IMG/VR virus record: IMGVR_UViG_3300025093_000011
Coordinates: 32,001-96,000 of that record
Source of the DNA: a virus
DNA: 64,000 bases
Strand: one strand, 5' to 3'
Both the position numbers and the translations under genes were made by a program. The first letter of the stretch is position 1. The number at the start of each line of letters is the position of its first letter. Of the stretch, positions 10,601-21,700 are shown piece by piece. A model generated the notes under the pieces. It saw only the letters and a program-made list of their open reading frames with translations, had not been told where the DNA came from and searched no databases.

Positions 10601-13600
10601 AAGGTTTTCAAAAAGCAGCAAAGCAATATAATAGAATATTTGGAAATACAAAATTTGATGTAAAACCAGGTTCAACAAATTTTAGTAGACATGAACTTAA
10701 TAAGTTTTTATACAAAGGTGATAATAAAATAGGTGATGTTATGCCTACTACTGAGAGAGTTTTCATGAATCTTGCTATGCCTACTGTTACAGGATTGAGT
10801 GGATATCTTGCATATGATAGTGATACTGGACGTGATATTAGAGACTGGCTTCAAAATAATTGGCAAGCTTATGGAAATAAGCTTAATAGAGTGACAGGAT
10901 TAAATATTGTACCTACAGATATTACTAAAGCAGGGAATATAGTAAGAAATCCTAGTAGTGGAGACACAGGTCCAACTCCATATGATACTTTAATACGTTT
11001 AGATGATAATGTTTTAGGTTATGGAAATATTGATTCTGCTCCATCAAAATATACTACTATACTAGGAGGAGACTTTGTAAATAAATCAGATCAAAACAGA
11101 TATACTAAAGACAATACTGTTAGAATGGCACAGGACTGGACAGATGCTATAGAGAATGATCCTCGACAACAGGTTGGAGATAGAAGGTCTGGTGAACGTC
11201 CATTAAGAGTAAAGGATATTAAAAGTTATTATGGTGTAGAAAATGGTAAACTTAAATTAGGAATGCCTGAAGATTTTGAACCTGGAACAACTATTATACC
11301 TAATAGATATGATAAAGGTCAAACTGTTGCAAAAGCATTAAATGTAAAAGATGAGGGAGTATTTAGAATAGTAGATTCAAAAGGAAAACCAATATATCAA
11401 AATTCATCAAACTTTGGTAAAATTATATTTACTTCAGATGAAGGAGATCCTATATTTGTATCATTTGATAGTAACCCACGTTCAAGACAAACTGCTGTTG
11501 ATCAAGTTAATCAGTATATTGAAACACATAAAAATGTTAAACCAATAGTTCTTGATACAGGAAGATTTGCTCACTGGATGCATAATCCTAAAGGGTTAGA
11601 AACGATGCAAGGAGATACTGAATCTACAGGAAATGAACTATATTGGTCTACAGGTTCTATGGGTGGATCAGATAGAGGTTATAATATTTTTATTGAAAAA
11701 CCAAGACCTGTAAGAAGACCAAGAGGTGGTGGAGGTAGTTGGAAAGAAGGTGGACAACTTCCTAAAGCTCAAATGGGTGCGATCTCTACTATTAATCCTT
11801 ACTGGGCTATTCGGGGTCATAATAATGTTATAAAAGCTGGTGAAGCTTTGGGGTTACTTGGGAAAGATAGAAACAGAGTTGGATCATGTCCAAAAGGTAA
11901 GATCTATGATCATGAAGATGATGAGTGTATTAGTTATGAAGTTTATTTTAAAAAATATCCAAGAGGAGAAAAAATTAATAAAGCTATTGTAGAAGCTAAT
12001 GAAAGTTATCCTAAAGATGTACAATGGTTTAAAGATTATATGAATTCTCCTAGGTATAAACAAATGCTTAAGGAATCAATAGAAGCTGATTACCCTAGTC
12101 CTGCATGGAATCCTAATGCAACTCACCCTTGGGCTAACAGGGCTTTTAAAACTATGTATAATGAAAGAAACTTTAATCTAGCCAGTACACCACCTCCTAT
12201 ATATTTTCATAAAGAAAATGGAAACAGCAACAGTCCTCATCCAGATGGAGACTATCTTGCTTTATCTTCCGGTGTAGATGGAAGAGTTACTCATGATCCT
12301 AAATATCTATCATTGCAAACCCCTACATTTAAAGGAGAGGATAAGCATGCTTTTATACATGAACTCAGTCATGCTACAGATAGAGCACCTGGATATCGTT
12401 ATCCTCAAAATTGGAATAAAAAGTTAAACAGATTAATTCCTGTTTCTGATGTAAAATATATGAATAAAAATGCAACTACTGAATTTGATAAAAGTAGAGT
12501 TTGGAATAACCTTAAAGCAACTTATGAAGTCGATGGACTGTTTCCTTCTCATGTAAAGACTCCTACACAAAAATTGGAATGGTATGCAAAAACTTATCCT
12601 GATGCTATAGAATTACAAACTAAAACTAGCAAATATATTGCAAATCCTACTGAAACTAGAGCAAGGTTAATGGAAATTAGAAGAGCAGGTCAAAAGGCAG
12701 GCATATATGATCCGTTTACAGAAAAAGTAGATAAGAAAATTTTTAATAAACTAAAAAGAAGAAGAAGTCATACAGACAGGGGATTGGTACCTTTAGACGA
12801 CCTTCAACAGGTATATGATGATGATGAGATACTGTGGATGTTAAACAACATATCTAAGAATGAAGCTCCTCAAGTAGAAGGAGATGACATGCAAATGGCA
12901 AAAAAAGGTGGTTCTGTAGATATAGAGCTTACTGAAAAGGAAGTTGCTGAATATTTAAAAGGTGGTTATATCCTAGAAGAACTTCAAGATGGTGGATATC
13001 CAGGTGGAATAGACAGAGAGTTATATCAATATGAAGAAGGAAGAAAAACCTTAGATCAGCTAAGTCCTAAAGCAAAAAAAATTGCAATAGCAAATAACAA
13101 AAAAAATTATAAAAACAATCCTAATCCATTTGCATTTACAAAAATGCAATTTGAGTTTGATAAAAAACAATCAGATAAGAAATTAAAAAAAATTAAAGAA
13201 CAAAGTAAAAACTTATTAAATACATCTTCATCAGGTAATAAATTTGACCTTAATGATAAATTTAAATTTAAAGGGTTTGATACTAGAAGTGAAGAACAAA
13301 AAAGAATAGATGAAGAAAATTTTCAAAAATCAGTTCAAGACTCTTCTGCTTCAACTCAAGATGGATATGGTTTACCTATAAGTTTAATAGATGGTTCTAA
13401 AGAAGATCTAGCCAACTTTATGTATGATACTCCTAGAGAGCTTACTGCTGATGAAAAATCTAAGGCTTTATCTTGGATATCTGGACAGCCTCAGAATAAA
13501 GAGTTGTCAAATGATGATATCTACCAATTAATGGAAGGTCAGGTAAAATATTTAAATATACCAAAGAAAAGTGATGAGCAAATAGTACAAGAGTATTATA

Positions 13601-15450
13601 ATCAAGTTGCAAAGAATCCTAATTATCTTAAAAGAAACCTTGGAAAACCAGGTCCTTCAATTCATATACCTTATGAAGCTATGAAAAGATTGGAAGAGAA
13701 AAAGAAAAAAGAATTAGAAGGCTATGAAGTAACAGATGCATCACCCGGACCATTTGATGACCATATAGAATTTGCTAAAGAACTAACTATAAATCCTGCA
13801 ATAAGAACATATAATAAACTAACCACTGATCCTATAGGTTTTGGAAAAGATATTGGTACTACATACTCAGATCTTGTAACATCTCCAATTACTGCAGGTA
13901 AAGAGCTTTATGATTACACTCTTGGTGATGGCAACTTTGAGTTTGATAAGATTATTGACATGAATGCATTAGGTACAACTCTTGATCTAGTTGGGTCAGT
14001 ACCTATAAGTTCTGTTTTTACAAAGGTTCTTAAACCTGTAACTAAGTTTACTAAACCTGCTATAACTAAAGGGTTCTCTAAAGCACGTAAAGCTTTTAAG
14101 AGAAAACCAAATTACTATGAAAAGGTTGCAAATAGTGAGGGTATGGTCGATTTAAACCGTAAATTATATATAACAGATGAAAGCTATAACGCATGGTTAA
14201 AAAAATTTCCAGATTATGCAAATGATGAAACTCAAGTAAGTAAAATGTTACAAAAAGTTGACTCTGGAGAAATAGGAGTGTTGCAAAAAAAGCCATCTAA
14301 ATATTCTGTTAGAGAGGATGAGTTAATATTACCTCCAGAGAAGTTTAAAATTGTAGATGAGCAAGTAAAAATTAAGTTGGATAGAATGAAAAGTGAGAAA
14401 GGTTTTAAGCTTTTAAAAGAGCAAGAAAAAGCCTATCTAAATAAAACCCTTAATAAAGATGGTAAGCTAACTGCAAAAGAACTAGATGAAATGGCTGAGA
14501 CTGCTGCTAATGCTAGAATTGATGAAGTTGAAAATCTTTATAATACTAAAAACTATTCAGCAGACATCGAAATGTCAGCTTGGCATAGAAGAAGTCCTGA
14601 ATTAGGAAATTTATATGATAAGAGTGGACAATATGTAGCCAACATAAATAAAACATTTAGTCCTACTAATAAAGAGGTAGTTTTAGGCTTTAACCCTAAT
14701 TATGTAACAAGGAAAAATCCTGCTGTAATACAGCATGAATTAGGGCATATGGCTAGTGCAGGTAGAGACATACCTATAGAAAAAGAATTAATAGAAGCTG
14801 TTGGAAAACCTAATGTTTATAAAAATATTCCAAAAGGACAAAAGTATAATGATGGAGCATGGAGAGCTCATAATTATTTTATAAAAAAAGATGAAATGGG
14901 TGAAAAACTAGTAGAAACACTTCGCAAACTAGATCCTGTAGAAAATCAAAGTCTTACAAAGAGTCAGCTTTTTGATAAATATAAACATTATAAGGATGCA
15001 AACTTTCCTTATATGGCAAGTGATATTAGAATAAATACTTTAAAAGGTGGGGAACCTATACCATTTGCTCATGAGCTTAAGGAAACTTTAATGCAACAAG
15101 GTTTACTAAAAGATTGGTTTGATCCAGTTACTAAAGATATGTTAATACAATCTCAAAAATTAAGTAAACAAACACCACGAGGTTATTTTCAAAAATCTTC
15201 TTGGCACGATGGTAAATTAGATAAGCATGGACATGTTCAATCAACAACTAGAATTTTAGATTTTACAGATCCTTCAAGATATGAACAATTAGCTAAAGTG
15301 TTAAATAAACTTGCACCTGTTGTAGCAAGTCCTGTTGTAGCAACTAGCATGCTTGATAATAAAAGAGATGGAGGTTTTATAGATACTGAACTTACAGAAG
15401 ATGAAGTATTGGATTTATTACAAAAAGGTTATAACTTAGAAGAATTATGA
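7678..15450 (+). CDS. Giant modular virion cargo protein with two zincin (HEXXH) domains and repeated ELT..E...GGY.LEE modules
   Basis: 2590 aa with a TAATG overlap. HELSH at 12358-12372 with downstream PTETRAR, HELGH at 14734-14748, and four copies of the GGY.LEE module. Confidence 0.65.
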   Translation: MKFKQSKYGQWAYPGENTLIPNVDGKITMQGVGGPVLGIDDEGNSMMMMPGHDYQFPGNSVYEIPMYGNGGPKVKQRRGVRKNYDNKTWTPSGLQFPTSVSSHLMRAEYIPERGWVAFPSLFQDSKPYADDQQNWIDMSEEEDLMKVYEEAERRGEVYDFGEDKEAALAFGEGSWKDQLPDEVIEVELTDKEADKYRAGGYILEEIDEGGEPGPGGPIYVKDKNDPRYQEYLKRKELYEKSKEAFYRDQKDYEKKWATEHPTTGKISKVYFSTNPKNVKDDWSKPTRTKYDEAIKNRYFLAYGDSPSNNPGNLNKWDISKNTLNSDASILDSSDTKVELDGRMKNIYKLAKNYGIKPDFHQTENVGSINVTSNVFFKKPEFEVIVDPSKVPAEEELTFEDMTIPQMETLDPQVIPTNLQNFVYGPIDDNWPEEEGYTRRELRQQEREGKQDDIQQNIKTNRVYNLFGKKKKNRDRKSYRRKWFEEGGYILEELHEGGVPHQHPHSTDPTPSRTPRVYTYKDHKDIIDSTANWETRSDVPISSDYNAQIQDRLYSGNYGFDSKTGQLIKLDKRGRTKVKDPYVKEVKKDLKVMQDMTQDEKLNYQQGKRDDKDWELHKKYIEGKVPHTISTVDAWRPHFQLTDKYGNTFDAYDRPGQEVFMTPAQKDAYIKASVAHNAPIWKEQANNVFGAATAFTPWGAGVWGMYGLANLGLKSAPELVSDPGSLENWKNVGLDLVTASPFVPGSVRAIKRSAPAIKSNTRKLVTAIDDAIPTPAPGSQTFASGIIPDVKRNLKVLKSKLKSKPKSSKPDVKEKLKKGTTQEEFDAFEKSLKPGEYLDEYRVKFDNPAESPIGWSPGMVPGATTPRKLLREVRNFSMGNFPLVNRLPIVRRMSGSPSVVHPDVLKYTPYKSMYNAPIPVGPQGFDTFNRFKDLSSKLKYPVGPITQKEVIALNTKLDDIMGSQTISSRGVKPNKKGFQKAAKQYNRIFGNTKFDVKPGSTNFSRHELNKFLYKGDNKIGDVMPTTERVFMNLAMPTVTGLSGYLAYDSDTGRDIRDWLQNNWQAYGNKLNRVTGLNIVPTDITKAGNIVRNPSSGDTGPTPYDTLIRLDDNVLGYGNIDSAPSKYTTILGGDFVNKSDQNRYTKDNTVRMAQDWTDAIENDPRQQVGDRRSGERPLRVKDIKSYYGVENGKLKLGMPEDFEPGTTIIPNRYDKGQTVAKALNVKDEGVFRIVDSKGKPIYQNSSNFGKIIFTSDEGDPIFVSFDSNPRSRQTAVDQVNQYIETHKNVKPIVLDTGRFAHWMHNPKGLETMQGDTESTGNELYWSTGSMGGSDRGYNIFIEKPRPVRRPRGGGGSWKEGGQLPKAQMGAISTINPYWAIRGHNNVIKAGEALGLLGKDRNRVGSCPKGKIYDHEDDECISYEVYFKKYPRGEKINKAIVEANESYPKDVQWFKDYMNSPRYKQMLKESIEADYPSPAWNPNATHPWANRAFKTMYNERNFNLASTPPPIYFHKENGNSNSPHPDGDYLALSSGVDGRVTHDPKYLSLQTPTFKGEDKHAFIHELSHATDRAPGYRYPQNWNKKLNRLIPVSDVKYMNKNATTEFDKSRVWNNLKATYEVDGLFPSHVKTPTQKLEWYAKTYPDAIELQTKTSKYIANPTETRARLMEIRRAGQKAGIYDPFTEKVDKKIFNKLKRRRSHTDRGLVPLDDLQQVYDDDEILWMLNNISKNEAPQVEGDDMQMAKKGGSVDIELTEKEVAEYLKGGYILEELQDGGYPGGIDRELYQYEEGRKTLDQLSPKAKKIAIANNKKNYKNNPNPFAFTKMQFEFDKKQSDKKLKKIKEQSKNLLNTSSSGNKFDLNDKFKFKGFDTRSEEQKRIDEENFQKSVQDSSASTQDGYGLPISLIDGSKEDLANFMYDTPRELTADEKSKALSWISGQPQNKELSNDDIYQLMEGQVKYLNIPKKSDEQIVQEYYNQVAKNPNYLKRNLGKPGPSIHIPYEAMKRLEEKKKKELEGYEVTDASPGPFDDHIEFAKELTINPAIRTYNKLTTDPIGFGKDIGTTYSDLVTSPITAGKELYDYTLGDGNFEFDKIIDMNALGTTLDLVGSVPISSVFTKVLKPVTKFTKPAITKGFSKARKAFKRKPNYYEKVANSEGMVDLNRKLYITDESYNAWLKKFPDYANDETQVSKMLQKVDSGEIGVLQKKPSKYSVREDELILPPEKFKIVDEQVKIKLDRMKSEKGFKLLKEQEKAYLNKTLNKDGKLTAKELDEMAETAANARIDEVENLYNTKNYSADIEMSAWHRRSPELGNLYDKSGQYVANINKTFSPTNKEVVLGFNPNYVTRKNPAVIQHELGHMASAGRDIPIEKELIEAVGKPNVYKNIPKGQKYNDGAWRAHNYFIKKDEMGEKLVETLRKLDPVENQSLTKSQLFDKYKHYKDANFPYMASDIRINTLKGGEPIPFAHELKETLMQQGLLKDWFDPVTKDMLIQSQKLSKQTPRGYFQKSSWHDGKLDKHGHVQSTTRILDFTDPSRYEQLAKVLNKLAPVVASPVVATSMLDNKRDGGFIDTELTEDEVLDLLQKGYNLEEL

Positions 15451-18400
15451 AAAGATTAAAAAAATATCAAGGTATTCTTGGAGGAAGTAGTGTAGGTAAT
15501 GATGGTGGAACCTACAAGGTAAAAAAGGGTGATACCTTTTATGGTATTGCAAATGACTTTAATGTTGACTGGGATGAGCTTATTAAAAGTAATCCTAATT
15601 TAGATGAAAAAGCAAGAAATCATCTCATTCCTGGACAATCAATACTTGTTCCTGGTCTTAAAACACAATCATCTGTATTAGATCTTCCAACAATGTATGA
15701 CTTTCTTGATCAGGCAGGAGTGGTTTATGAACCTCCATCAAGACAAGCTTCTAATTCTCTACTTGATGCAGCTGCAAAAGCTGCTAAAAATAAAGCAAAA
15801 GGTACAAAAATAAATAAGGTTATAGAAGCTAAGAAAAAGAAACGAGATGATGATGCTGCTGTAATGGCTGCTTGGAAAGATGATTTAAAGATAAATGAAA
15901 ATTCAACAAAAGTAGGTTATAAAGGAGGTAGATGGTACCCACATGGAAGTTTAGAACCAGGTAATAGAACAATTGCTTATGGTCATAAACTTACAGATAA
16001 AGAAAGAGACAGCAAAGCTTTTGCAGGAGGGTTAAGTGAAAAGCAAGCAGACATGCTTTTAGATAAAGATATGGCTATTCATTTAAATGCATTTAGAAAT
16101 GAATTTAATAAAAAATTTGGACCTGGTTCTTATGATAAGTTATCTCTTAATGAAAAAGTAGTTGGAGCTGATTATCATTTTAATGGTCTTCCAGTTGAAG
16201 AATTTAAAAAATTCTTTACAGCAATGCATCAGGGTAATGTTGATAGAATGAAAAAAGAATATGTGCGAAAATACACAGACAAGAAACTTAAGAAAAAACT
16301 TCCTTTAAAACAAAGAAATACTTGGACAAGAAAAACATTAGGTTGGGAGAAGCAAGATGGGGGAATAGTTTCTGAATATGGTTGGGATTATAAAAAAGAT
16401 GGTGATAACTATTTAACTAGAAGAACTGGTAATGAAGATTGGATAACAGCTAGAGGTAATGCATTAGATGCTATTAAATCTAAAATATTTAATGAGGGTC
16501 CTCAAATGAGTCAGGAAGAAGCTGAAGTTTCTCACAGACAAGAATGGATGGATAGGGTTAGAAGATATATAAATAGAGGAATGACTTTAGATGACTTAGC
16601 TCCATTGATGGGAACCAGACGAGGTATTCTTCAATATTTTCCAGAATTAGCAAATGAAGCTGTAAATCAAAATGTAGATCAAATTGATGAAGATTTATCT
16701 ATAGAGTTAGATCTTTATGATGCTGGGGAAATGTCCCTTGATGATCTAAGTTCAGAGGCTATAGATATAATAGCTGAAAAAGAACGTAAAGCATGGAGAA
16801 AAGAAAGAGAGCAACAATTACAAGAACCTATTATTCAAGAAGAGGAAGAAGCAGTTGATTCTGATGGTGGTGGTTGGACTACAGAGGAAGAACATCAGAA
16901 AATGTTTGGTTTTAAAACAAATGAACCTATAGAAGAATCAATTGAAGAATCAATGGAAGTTGATGATGAGGGAACTTCAATAGAACTAGATTTATATAGA
17001 TCCGGTGAAATATCTATTGATGATTTAAGTCCTGAAGCTTTTGATATTATAGCTGAGGAAGAACGTAAAGACTATAGATCAAATCGAGAAAAAAAGATTG
17101 AAGAAGTTGTAGAAAGTCCGTGGAGAGATAATTTAAGACAAGAATATTTAAAGTCTAATGAAGAATTATTTACACAAGGTAATCCTTTTGATCAAGCTCC
17201 TGCAGAAAATGAAGCAGATGATTATTATCAAAATTTATTTCAAAGATTAAAAGATATAGATCAACAGAAGTCTGTTGAACCACAAACACTATATGATCCT
17301 GTAACAGGACAACCAATGTCTCAGTCATCTAATCCTGCTTCAACATTTAGAGATCTTAGAACTCCTTATGATATACAACAGCAAGAACTAAGAGATGCTG
17401 AAACTGCTGATTATGAAACTGTTACACAACCTTTTATGCAAGAAAACTTTCCCATAGTAACAGGTGTTGTTGATCAAATAGGAGATGGGGCAAAATTTAT
17501 TGCAGATGAAGTTGAAGATGTTGTTGATAAACTTCAAAAGACATCTATACTTCCAGGATATATAACAAATGATGCAGAAGCATTATATAATTTTGGATCA
17601 CATATAGTAAATAAAGACTATGAAGCTTTAATAAATAATAAATATGGTCAAAAACTTGCTTTAAAAATTCTTGATCAAAATGAGAATCCTAATAAATATA
17701 TGGGTCTTAGATTTAAAACATTAACTGATGTAGAACAACAATGGTTAAGAAGAGGTCTTGAAAAAGTAGGAGCAATTGATACTCCTGATTTTAAATTAGG
17801 TAACGTTGCAGAAGAAGTTGTAGAAGAAACTCCTGCACCTGAAACTTTTACTAGAAGAATAGGTGATGTAAAAGATTCTTATGCACCTGAATATAACTTA
17901 ATGGCTTATAGAAATCAATGGGATAATGGTGAAGGATTTGTATATAAAACAGCTCCTACTAAACAACATAGAAAAGATTCTGATGAATATGAAGGTGTAT
18001 TAGGTGTAGCTCACTTCTTATTAGATGCTAGTGTTGATTCTGAATATCCGTATAGTCATAAAAATAACGCAGCTTTTATTGAAAATGCAATTGCTAATGA
18101 TGATTGGATACCTGCTTTTGAACAACTTGAAGGTAATAGGGTTAGATTAAAATATAAAAAACCTGATGATATTCTTGAAACAGATATAGTAAACACACCA
18201 TTAAGACAATTAAATTTTTCAGATATTGATTTTAAAACAGATCAAACTCCTAAAGGTTTTAAATCTAGTGTACATGAAGTAACTACTAAAGATGGAGATG
18301 GAACTCTTTTATTATTTAAAAACAAAGATGGCTATTCTAGATTTAGTGGAGGTTCTGTAGTATTTATATTTGAAGATAAGTATGGTAACGTTATTGTTAG

Positions 18401-18701
18401 AGATTTTGCTGGTTCATTAAATAGTATTCAAAAAGAAGGAAACTCAATTACTAAACAATATAATCTTAAACCTGGACAACTTACTATTGGTTATCATGAT
18501 GTAGGTTCATTTAGTGCTAAACCAAAAGCTAATAAGAATAATGTTCTTAAAGCTAAACAATGGGAAGGTTATAATGATGCAGGGTATACAGGAGGAGCAT
18601 TGCTTATTCCAGCACCTGATGATGTTGAGCTTCTTAACCGTGAGTCTTTTAGATTCTTTGATCCTAAATATACTAATACGGGTCCTGATAATAAACCTTA
18701 A
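15447..18701 (+). CDS. Virion cargo protein with LysM and lysozyme-like (GH24/T4-type) domains
   Basis: 'TYKVKKGDTFYGIANDFNVDWDELIKSNP...LIPGQSILVP' is a LysM motif (~15510-15655). 'INENS...RTIAYGHKLT...LSEKQADMLLDKDM' is phage lysozyme-like (~15880-16350). Confidence 0.7.
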   Translation: MKRLKKYQGILGGSSVGNDGGTYKVKKGDTFYGIANDFNVDWDELIKSNPNLDEKARNHLIPGQSILVPGLKTQSSVLDLPTMYDFLDQAGVVYEPPSRQASNSLLDAAAKAAKNKAKGTKINKVIEAKKKKRDDDAAVMAAWKDDLKINENSTKVGYKGGRWYPHGSLEPGNRTIAYGHKLTDKERDSKAFAGGLSEKQADMLLDKDMAIHLNAFRNEFNKKFGPGSYDKLSLNEKVVGADYHFNGLPVEEFKKFFTAMHQGNVDRMKKEYVRKYTDKKLKKKLPLKQRNTWTRKTLGWEKQDGGIVSEYGWDYKKDGDNYLTRRTGNEDWITARGNALDAIKSKIFNEGPQMSQEEAEVSHRQEWMDRVRRYINRGMTLDDLAPLMGTRRGILQYFPELANEAVNQNVDQIDEDLSIELDLYDAGEMSLDDLSSEAIDIIAEKERKAWRKEREQQLQEPIIQEEEEAVDSDGGGWTTEEEHQKMFGFKTNEPIEESIEESMEVDDEGTSIELDLYRSGEISIDDLSPEAFDIIAEEERKDYRSNREKKIEEVVESPWRDNLRQEYLKSNEELFTQGNPFDQAPAENEADDYYQNLFQRLKDIDQQKSVEPQTLYDPVTGQPMSQSSNPASTFRDLRTPYDIQQQELRDAETADYETVTQPFMQENFPIVTGVVDQIGDGAKFIADEVEDVVDKLQKTSILPGYITNDAEALYNFGSHIVNKDYEALINNKYGQKLALKILDQNENPNKYMGLRFKTLTDVEQQWLRRGLEKVGAIDTPDFKLGNVAEEVVEETPAPETFTRRIGDVKDSYAPEYNLMAYRNQWDNGEGFVYKTAPTKQHRKDSDEYEGVLGVAHFLLDASVDSEYPYSHKNNAAFIENAIANDDWIPAFEQLEGNRVRLKYKKPDDILETDIVNTPLRQLNFSDIDFKTDQTPKGFKSSVHEVTTKDGDGTLLLFKNKDGYSRFSGGSVVFIFEDKYGNVIVRDFAGSLNSIQKEGNSITKQYNLKPGQLTIGYHDVGSFSAKPKANKNNVLKAKQWEGYNDAGYTGGALLIPAPDDVELLNRESFRFFDPKYTNTGPDNKP
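16689..17080 (+). repeat. Two diverged copies of a ~35-aa helical module (SIELDLY..GE.S.DDLS.EA.DIIAE.ERK)
   Basis: Copies at ~16689-16800 and ~16968-17080, similar at both protein and DNA level. Confidence 0.8.
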
Positions 18702-18737
18702 AGGTTTAAACAATAAATTAAAATTTAGTATATTATA
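18692..18737 (+). promoter_or_regulatory. Palindrome TAAAC-N7-GTTTA plus TATATT box (candidate operator/promoter), copy 1
   Basis: TAAACCTT-A-AAGGTTTA inverted repeat at 18692-18708, with TATATT starting 20 nt later (18729). Same geometry at 26196-26238. Confidence 0.55.
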
Positions 18738-18753
18738 TATAACTATTTAAATT

Positions 18754-21700
18754 ATGGCACAGAAGAAAAAATATAGAATATATAAAGCTGGTGGTCAGCA
18801 TGGTAGAATAATAAATCCAACTGCAAAATTCTTAATGAAAGCAGAAGCTGGAATGCAACAACCTACTCCAGCTGAAATGATCATGATGCAAGAACAGCAG
18901 ATGGGTCAACAGCCTATGGGAGCACCTTCTCCTGAAGAAATGCAAATGATGCAACAAGCTCAAGGTCAACCACCTATGCAAGGAATGCCACCTCAACCAT
19001 CAGATGAAGAAAGAATGATGATGGAAGCACAGCAAGAAATGCAAGAACTGATAATGTCTGTAAAAGAAGCTTTAGAAGTTGGAACATCTGTAGAAGAAAT
19101 TATTGAAGCTTTACAAGAAGATGGTCATAGCTCTGATAAAATAAAATTTGCACTAGTAGAATCTGGAATTTCAGAAGAAGAAGCTAATGTATTAGTTTCT
19201 CCTGATGAAGTTAAAACTCCTGATGCTCCAGAATTAGATATGGAAATGAAGGAAGAAGATGTTGAGGTTGAAGAAGTTCCGGAAGAAACTGATAGAGCTT
19301 TTGTAAAAAGAAGAGTTAAAGAACTTAAGAAAGCAAAAGAAGGTTTAGAAGCAAATAAAGATACTGAAGATGGATTAGATGTAAAAAATACTTTTAGATC
19401 TAATACTTTTGATATACCAGAAGGTGGTAGAAAAGATTTAGTTTCAGGTTTTTTATCTGGTATAAATGATAGTGTTCAGACTCATCAGTTTGAGCAACAA
19501 GCTGAAAATGAATTGATGCAAGCAAAGACTGGTAGAGAAATGCGTCAAGAAATGAGAGCTAATAGACAAGCTCTAAGAGAAAGAAGAAGAGCAGGTAGAC
19601 AAGCTAGAAGATATGGATTAGATCCTTTCTTATTTGCTGAAGAAGGTACATTTCATGGAGAAAAAGGACCTCTTGGTTTAGGACTTAGAAGTTTTGATAT
19701 AACTTGGAAGAATGCTACTCCTATGCCATATCATTTTTATGACGGTATTACAAATCCTTTTTTTAATGGTAGAGGTTATTATACTAACGTTGCTAAAAAA
19801 ATAATAGCTCCTGGAGAAGAATTGATTCAATCAGAAATTCAAGCAGAAGGTGATTCTAAAAATGTTGATGAAGGAACTACATTTACTTGGGATGATGTTG
19901 AGAAAGGAAAGGCTCCTGCAAAATCAGAATCTAGTAATAAACAAACTCATACTAGAAGACAAACTAATACAACAAATTATTGGCAAAGACGTCAAAATCC
20001 AGCAAGTGCTAGTATTTCCAGTGTAAGTAATCCTTCTAATGATGATTTAAATACTTTGGGTGCATTGTTTGCAATGCAAAAAGATATACCTGGAGGAGAA
20101 AAAGATATGCTTAAATTTATGGAGTTAGCTCAGACTAATCCTAAGTATATAAACAATGTAAAGAAAACAGTAAAAGGTTGGAATGCTGTTAATAAACAAC
20201 AGGTAACCAAAACTAAAATTACTCCAACTAAAGTAGATGAACCAGGTATGCCGGCATGGATGCAAATGGGTCTGTCTGTTGCAGGAGCTACAACACTATA
20301 TAAGACTGCGGAATGGGTCTTTAGATCTGTTAAAGCTGGTAAACCTGTAAAACCTTCTATTTTAAAATGGTTACAATCAAAAGGAGTTACACCTCCTAAA
20401 CCTGGAACAACTCAATCTTTTAACTCATGGCTTGATTCAAATAAAAGTTCAATAAAAAGTAAAAGTAAGCCTGCTGCTAAACCTACTGCTAAACCTAAAG
20501 TTAAACCTACTACACCTAAACCTAAAGTTAAAGCTAAAGCACCTAGTAAGTGGAATAAGTTTTTAAAAGGTTCAAAAAAGGTTATGAAAGGAGCTGTTAA
20601 GGGTATGAAAGGGATTAATCCATTGATGAATTTAGATATGTTTATTCCCGATCCAGAGATAATGAATATGATTATGGGTCGGAGTAGTGGGAGGCCATCA
20701 GCCCAAATAGGTGGATTTGTAGATTCAACTAATCCTGACTTATATAAATTTATATATGGAGGAGATGAAGCTTACTCAGGTATTCCACAAGGAGAAGATA
20801 TAAATGATCCTTACATACCTTTTATGAAACATGGTGGTCCACATAATGATCAAATTAGAGTTGTAAAAGAAACTCTCTCAGGTCGGAGTCCATCATATTA
20901 TCATGGTTGGGATCAAATGCCTTATGCACTTAATGAAGATGGAACTCTTGCTTTTAGTGCTGAAGATGTTGCTGCAGCTAACAAAGCTTATTTTGAAGAA
21001 GGGGATGAAAGTAGATTAGGAGATGCTGCATTAAAAGCTTATCCTCATATAGGACCTCATCAACAAAGTATGAATGTAGTTTATGCAGATGCAAATAATC
21101 CAGAAGCAGCTTTTGCAGCTGGAGACAGGTTTGGAGATAAAGAGCTTACTACAATGTATATGTCACCTGCATCTGCAAGAAATCCTGTAGGTTCTTATGA
21201 TCAACAACTTCAAGCATGGTCAATGAGTCAACCAAGAACAAATGTTGTACCAGATCAAGTTTTATATGATAATAAAAGTTTAGATTATTTTCCAGGTGAA
21301 ACCAAAGGAGAATACTATGGTAGAATGGGTGGTCCTGAAACAGTTCAATACATGATAGATAAGTATGATATGAATCCTGAAGAGATGTATAATACAAATC
21401 CTCTACCTAGTAGATTTAAAGATCCTAGTGCTAACATAGATCCTAATACAGGTAAAAGAGGTCCTGAAAAATACTATGATTGGGATACTGGTACTTGGAT
21501 AGAACCTTATTTAGAACCTAGACCTGTTGAAGAATATCCTAATATAGAAAGTTATGCAACTGGTGGACAACTAGATACATATCAAGGAGATGAGGGTGGT
21601 AATCAAATACCAAGAATAAGTGATCAAGCATTAGATTATATTCTTGATTATGAAGCTGCACATGGAAGTCCTCATGGATTAGGATTATCTAACTATGGTA

